Positions 62,784 through 64,000 of a stretch of 64,000 bases of DNA are shown here, in pieces. How positions within the stretch are numbered: position 1 is the stretch's first letter; every line of letters begins with the position of its first letter. The stretch lies in assembly GCA_010093605.1 (NCBI GenBank), contig MU004181.1:3224001-3288000 (forward strand), read 5' to 3'. The notes under the pieces were generated by a model. It was not told where the DNA came from. It did not search any database and saw only the letters and a list, made by a program, of their open reading frames with translations. The DNA comes from Lophium mytilinum (lineage: Eukaryota). The position numbers and the translations under genes were made by a program.

Positions 62784-64000
62784 GTTGGCGGCGGTCGGGT
62801 GGGGATATATACGTAAACAAAGGGTGATGGGGTGATGTTTTAATTCAAATTGGGCCTGTTGAGCTCCTGATCTGTGACGTTGGTTGCTCCAGAATAGGCA
62901 GACAGTGGAGACTGGAGGCCGGGTCCGTGGTGGTGGTACGGAGCTGCAACCTGCTCCGCCGCTGGCCTGCCTATTTATCTGACCGTCTCCTTCGGTAGAG
63001 AAGATGGCGTGCGCCAAGAACGGGTGACGTCCTGCCGTCCAGACGTAAATGCAGGGACCTTTTAGCGCCATTCTTGCGGGGAGACTTGACGCAGTTCGGG
63101 CATTCAATATGGTGATCTCTATCAGGTGTCGAACGCGCCCATTCGTCATAGGTGCCACCGTCCTGACTCTTTATTAACACCGCGGAACCATTATGCAGAT
63201 CTGTTCACTATATTCCAATCGCAGATGCTGCAGATTCGGCCCAGGACGGGTGACAGACTTCGCCGAACAATAAGTCGAATACCGTCTGCTAAGGCGCGGA
63301 CAGCTATCCTGCTTGCCCAAACGGCAACTTCACGAATTCAAACAACATACCAAAGGACCTCAAGCGGTACTAGACAAGGGTACACCATCACAGAAAGAGT
63401 GATTACGTCAAGTAGGGACCCTCAAGTTAGCACCATGGATTCGTAGACTGCTAGAGAGCTCTGGAGAATCCGGCACCGAAATCGGACGAGGTAAGGAAGG
63501 GAATGGCATTGCCTATGGCTGGGTCGGGGGTGTAAGTCTTGAGGACTGATAAGCGGACGTACTCATCTTGTCTATCAGGAGGAACGGGGTCCGGGTTGGT
63601 CCTCCGGTCATGCTCCCACATATGAGACTTCTGTTCCGCTATCAGCTGTGAAGTCTATTTTTCGTTGTAGCATCTGGAAAGACAAACCCTAGCCGCCGTC
63701 GCTTACCGCCCACCTACCTTTTGCACCTTTTTTACACCTCCAGTGTAGGCGAATAGCATTTGCATGTATATATAAGAGACATTTTGCTGACATCTTCCAC
63801 CGCCCTGACCGCCATCCGAGATTCACGTACTAACGAGAATTGGTGGAAGGATTCCATGGAGCGAGCCGCTAGCCCCAGTTGCTCTAAGTGTGACCAAATC
63901 TGCACGTAAAGTCCTCACCAATTCTCGTGTGTACGTGAATCTCGGATGGGGTTGGAAGACGTCACAACGTTAGGAAAGATAGCTATACTATAATGTGCAG

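Noticed and set aside
62784..63158. N-terminal extension of the 342-aa ORF 62130..63158
   Set aside because: Non-ATG start and promoter-like sequence; the ATG at 62783 has a better context.
1..64000. tRNA, rRNA, CRISPR arrays, autonomous transposons, RIP-degraded AT-rich blocks
   Set aside because: None recognised by eye. GGTTCGA-like hits lack cloverleaf context. A tRNAscan-SE/Infernal run would be needed to exclude small RNAs.

Overview
Eukaryotic DNA from a filamentous ascomycete (Pezizomycotina, inferred from short GT-AG introns with CTRAC branch sites and from gene content). About 22 protein-coding genes are supported. They include a GST, branchpoint-binding protein (BBP/Msl5/SF1), Ku80, mitochondrial uL15, a Pcl/Clg1-type cyclin, a P450, a PTH11-like membrane protein, a TRI12-like MFS, phospholipase D and L-2-hydroxyglutarate dehydrogenase. 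There is also a compact Zn2Cys6 TF / GH32 / sugar-porter cluster. Three observations stand out. (1) A complete 642-bp non-coding Copia-type LTR mini-element (TRIM) with identical 113-bp LTRs, a tRNA-iMet anticodon-arm PBS, a PPT and a 5-bp TSD interrupts an exon of the cluster's sugar transporter. (2) The BBP gene has an intron inside its KH domain carrying four YACTAAC copies, the protein's own binding site, which suggests splicing autoregulation. (3) Two TA-flanked MITE-like elements are present, one sitting directly against the TATA box of a hydrolase gene. I saw no rRNA, tRNA or CRISPR. All calls come from reading the sequence by eye; no database searches were run.
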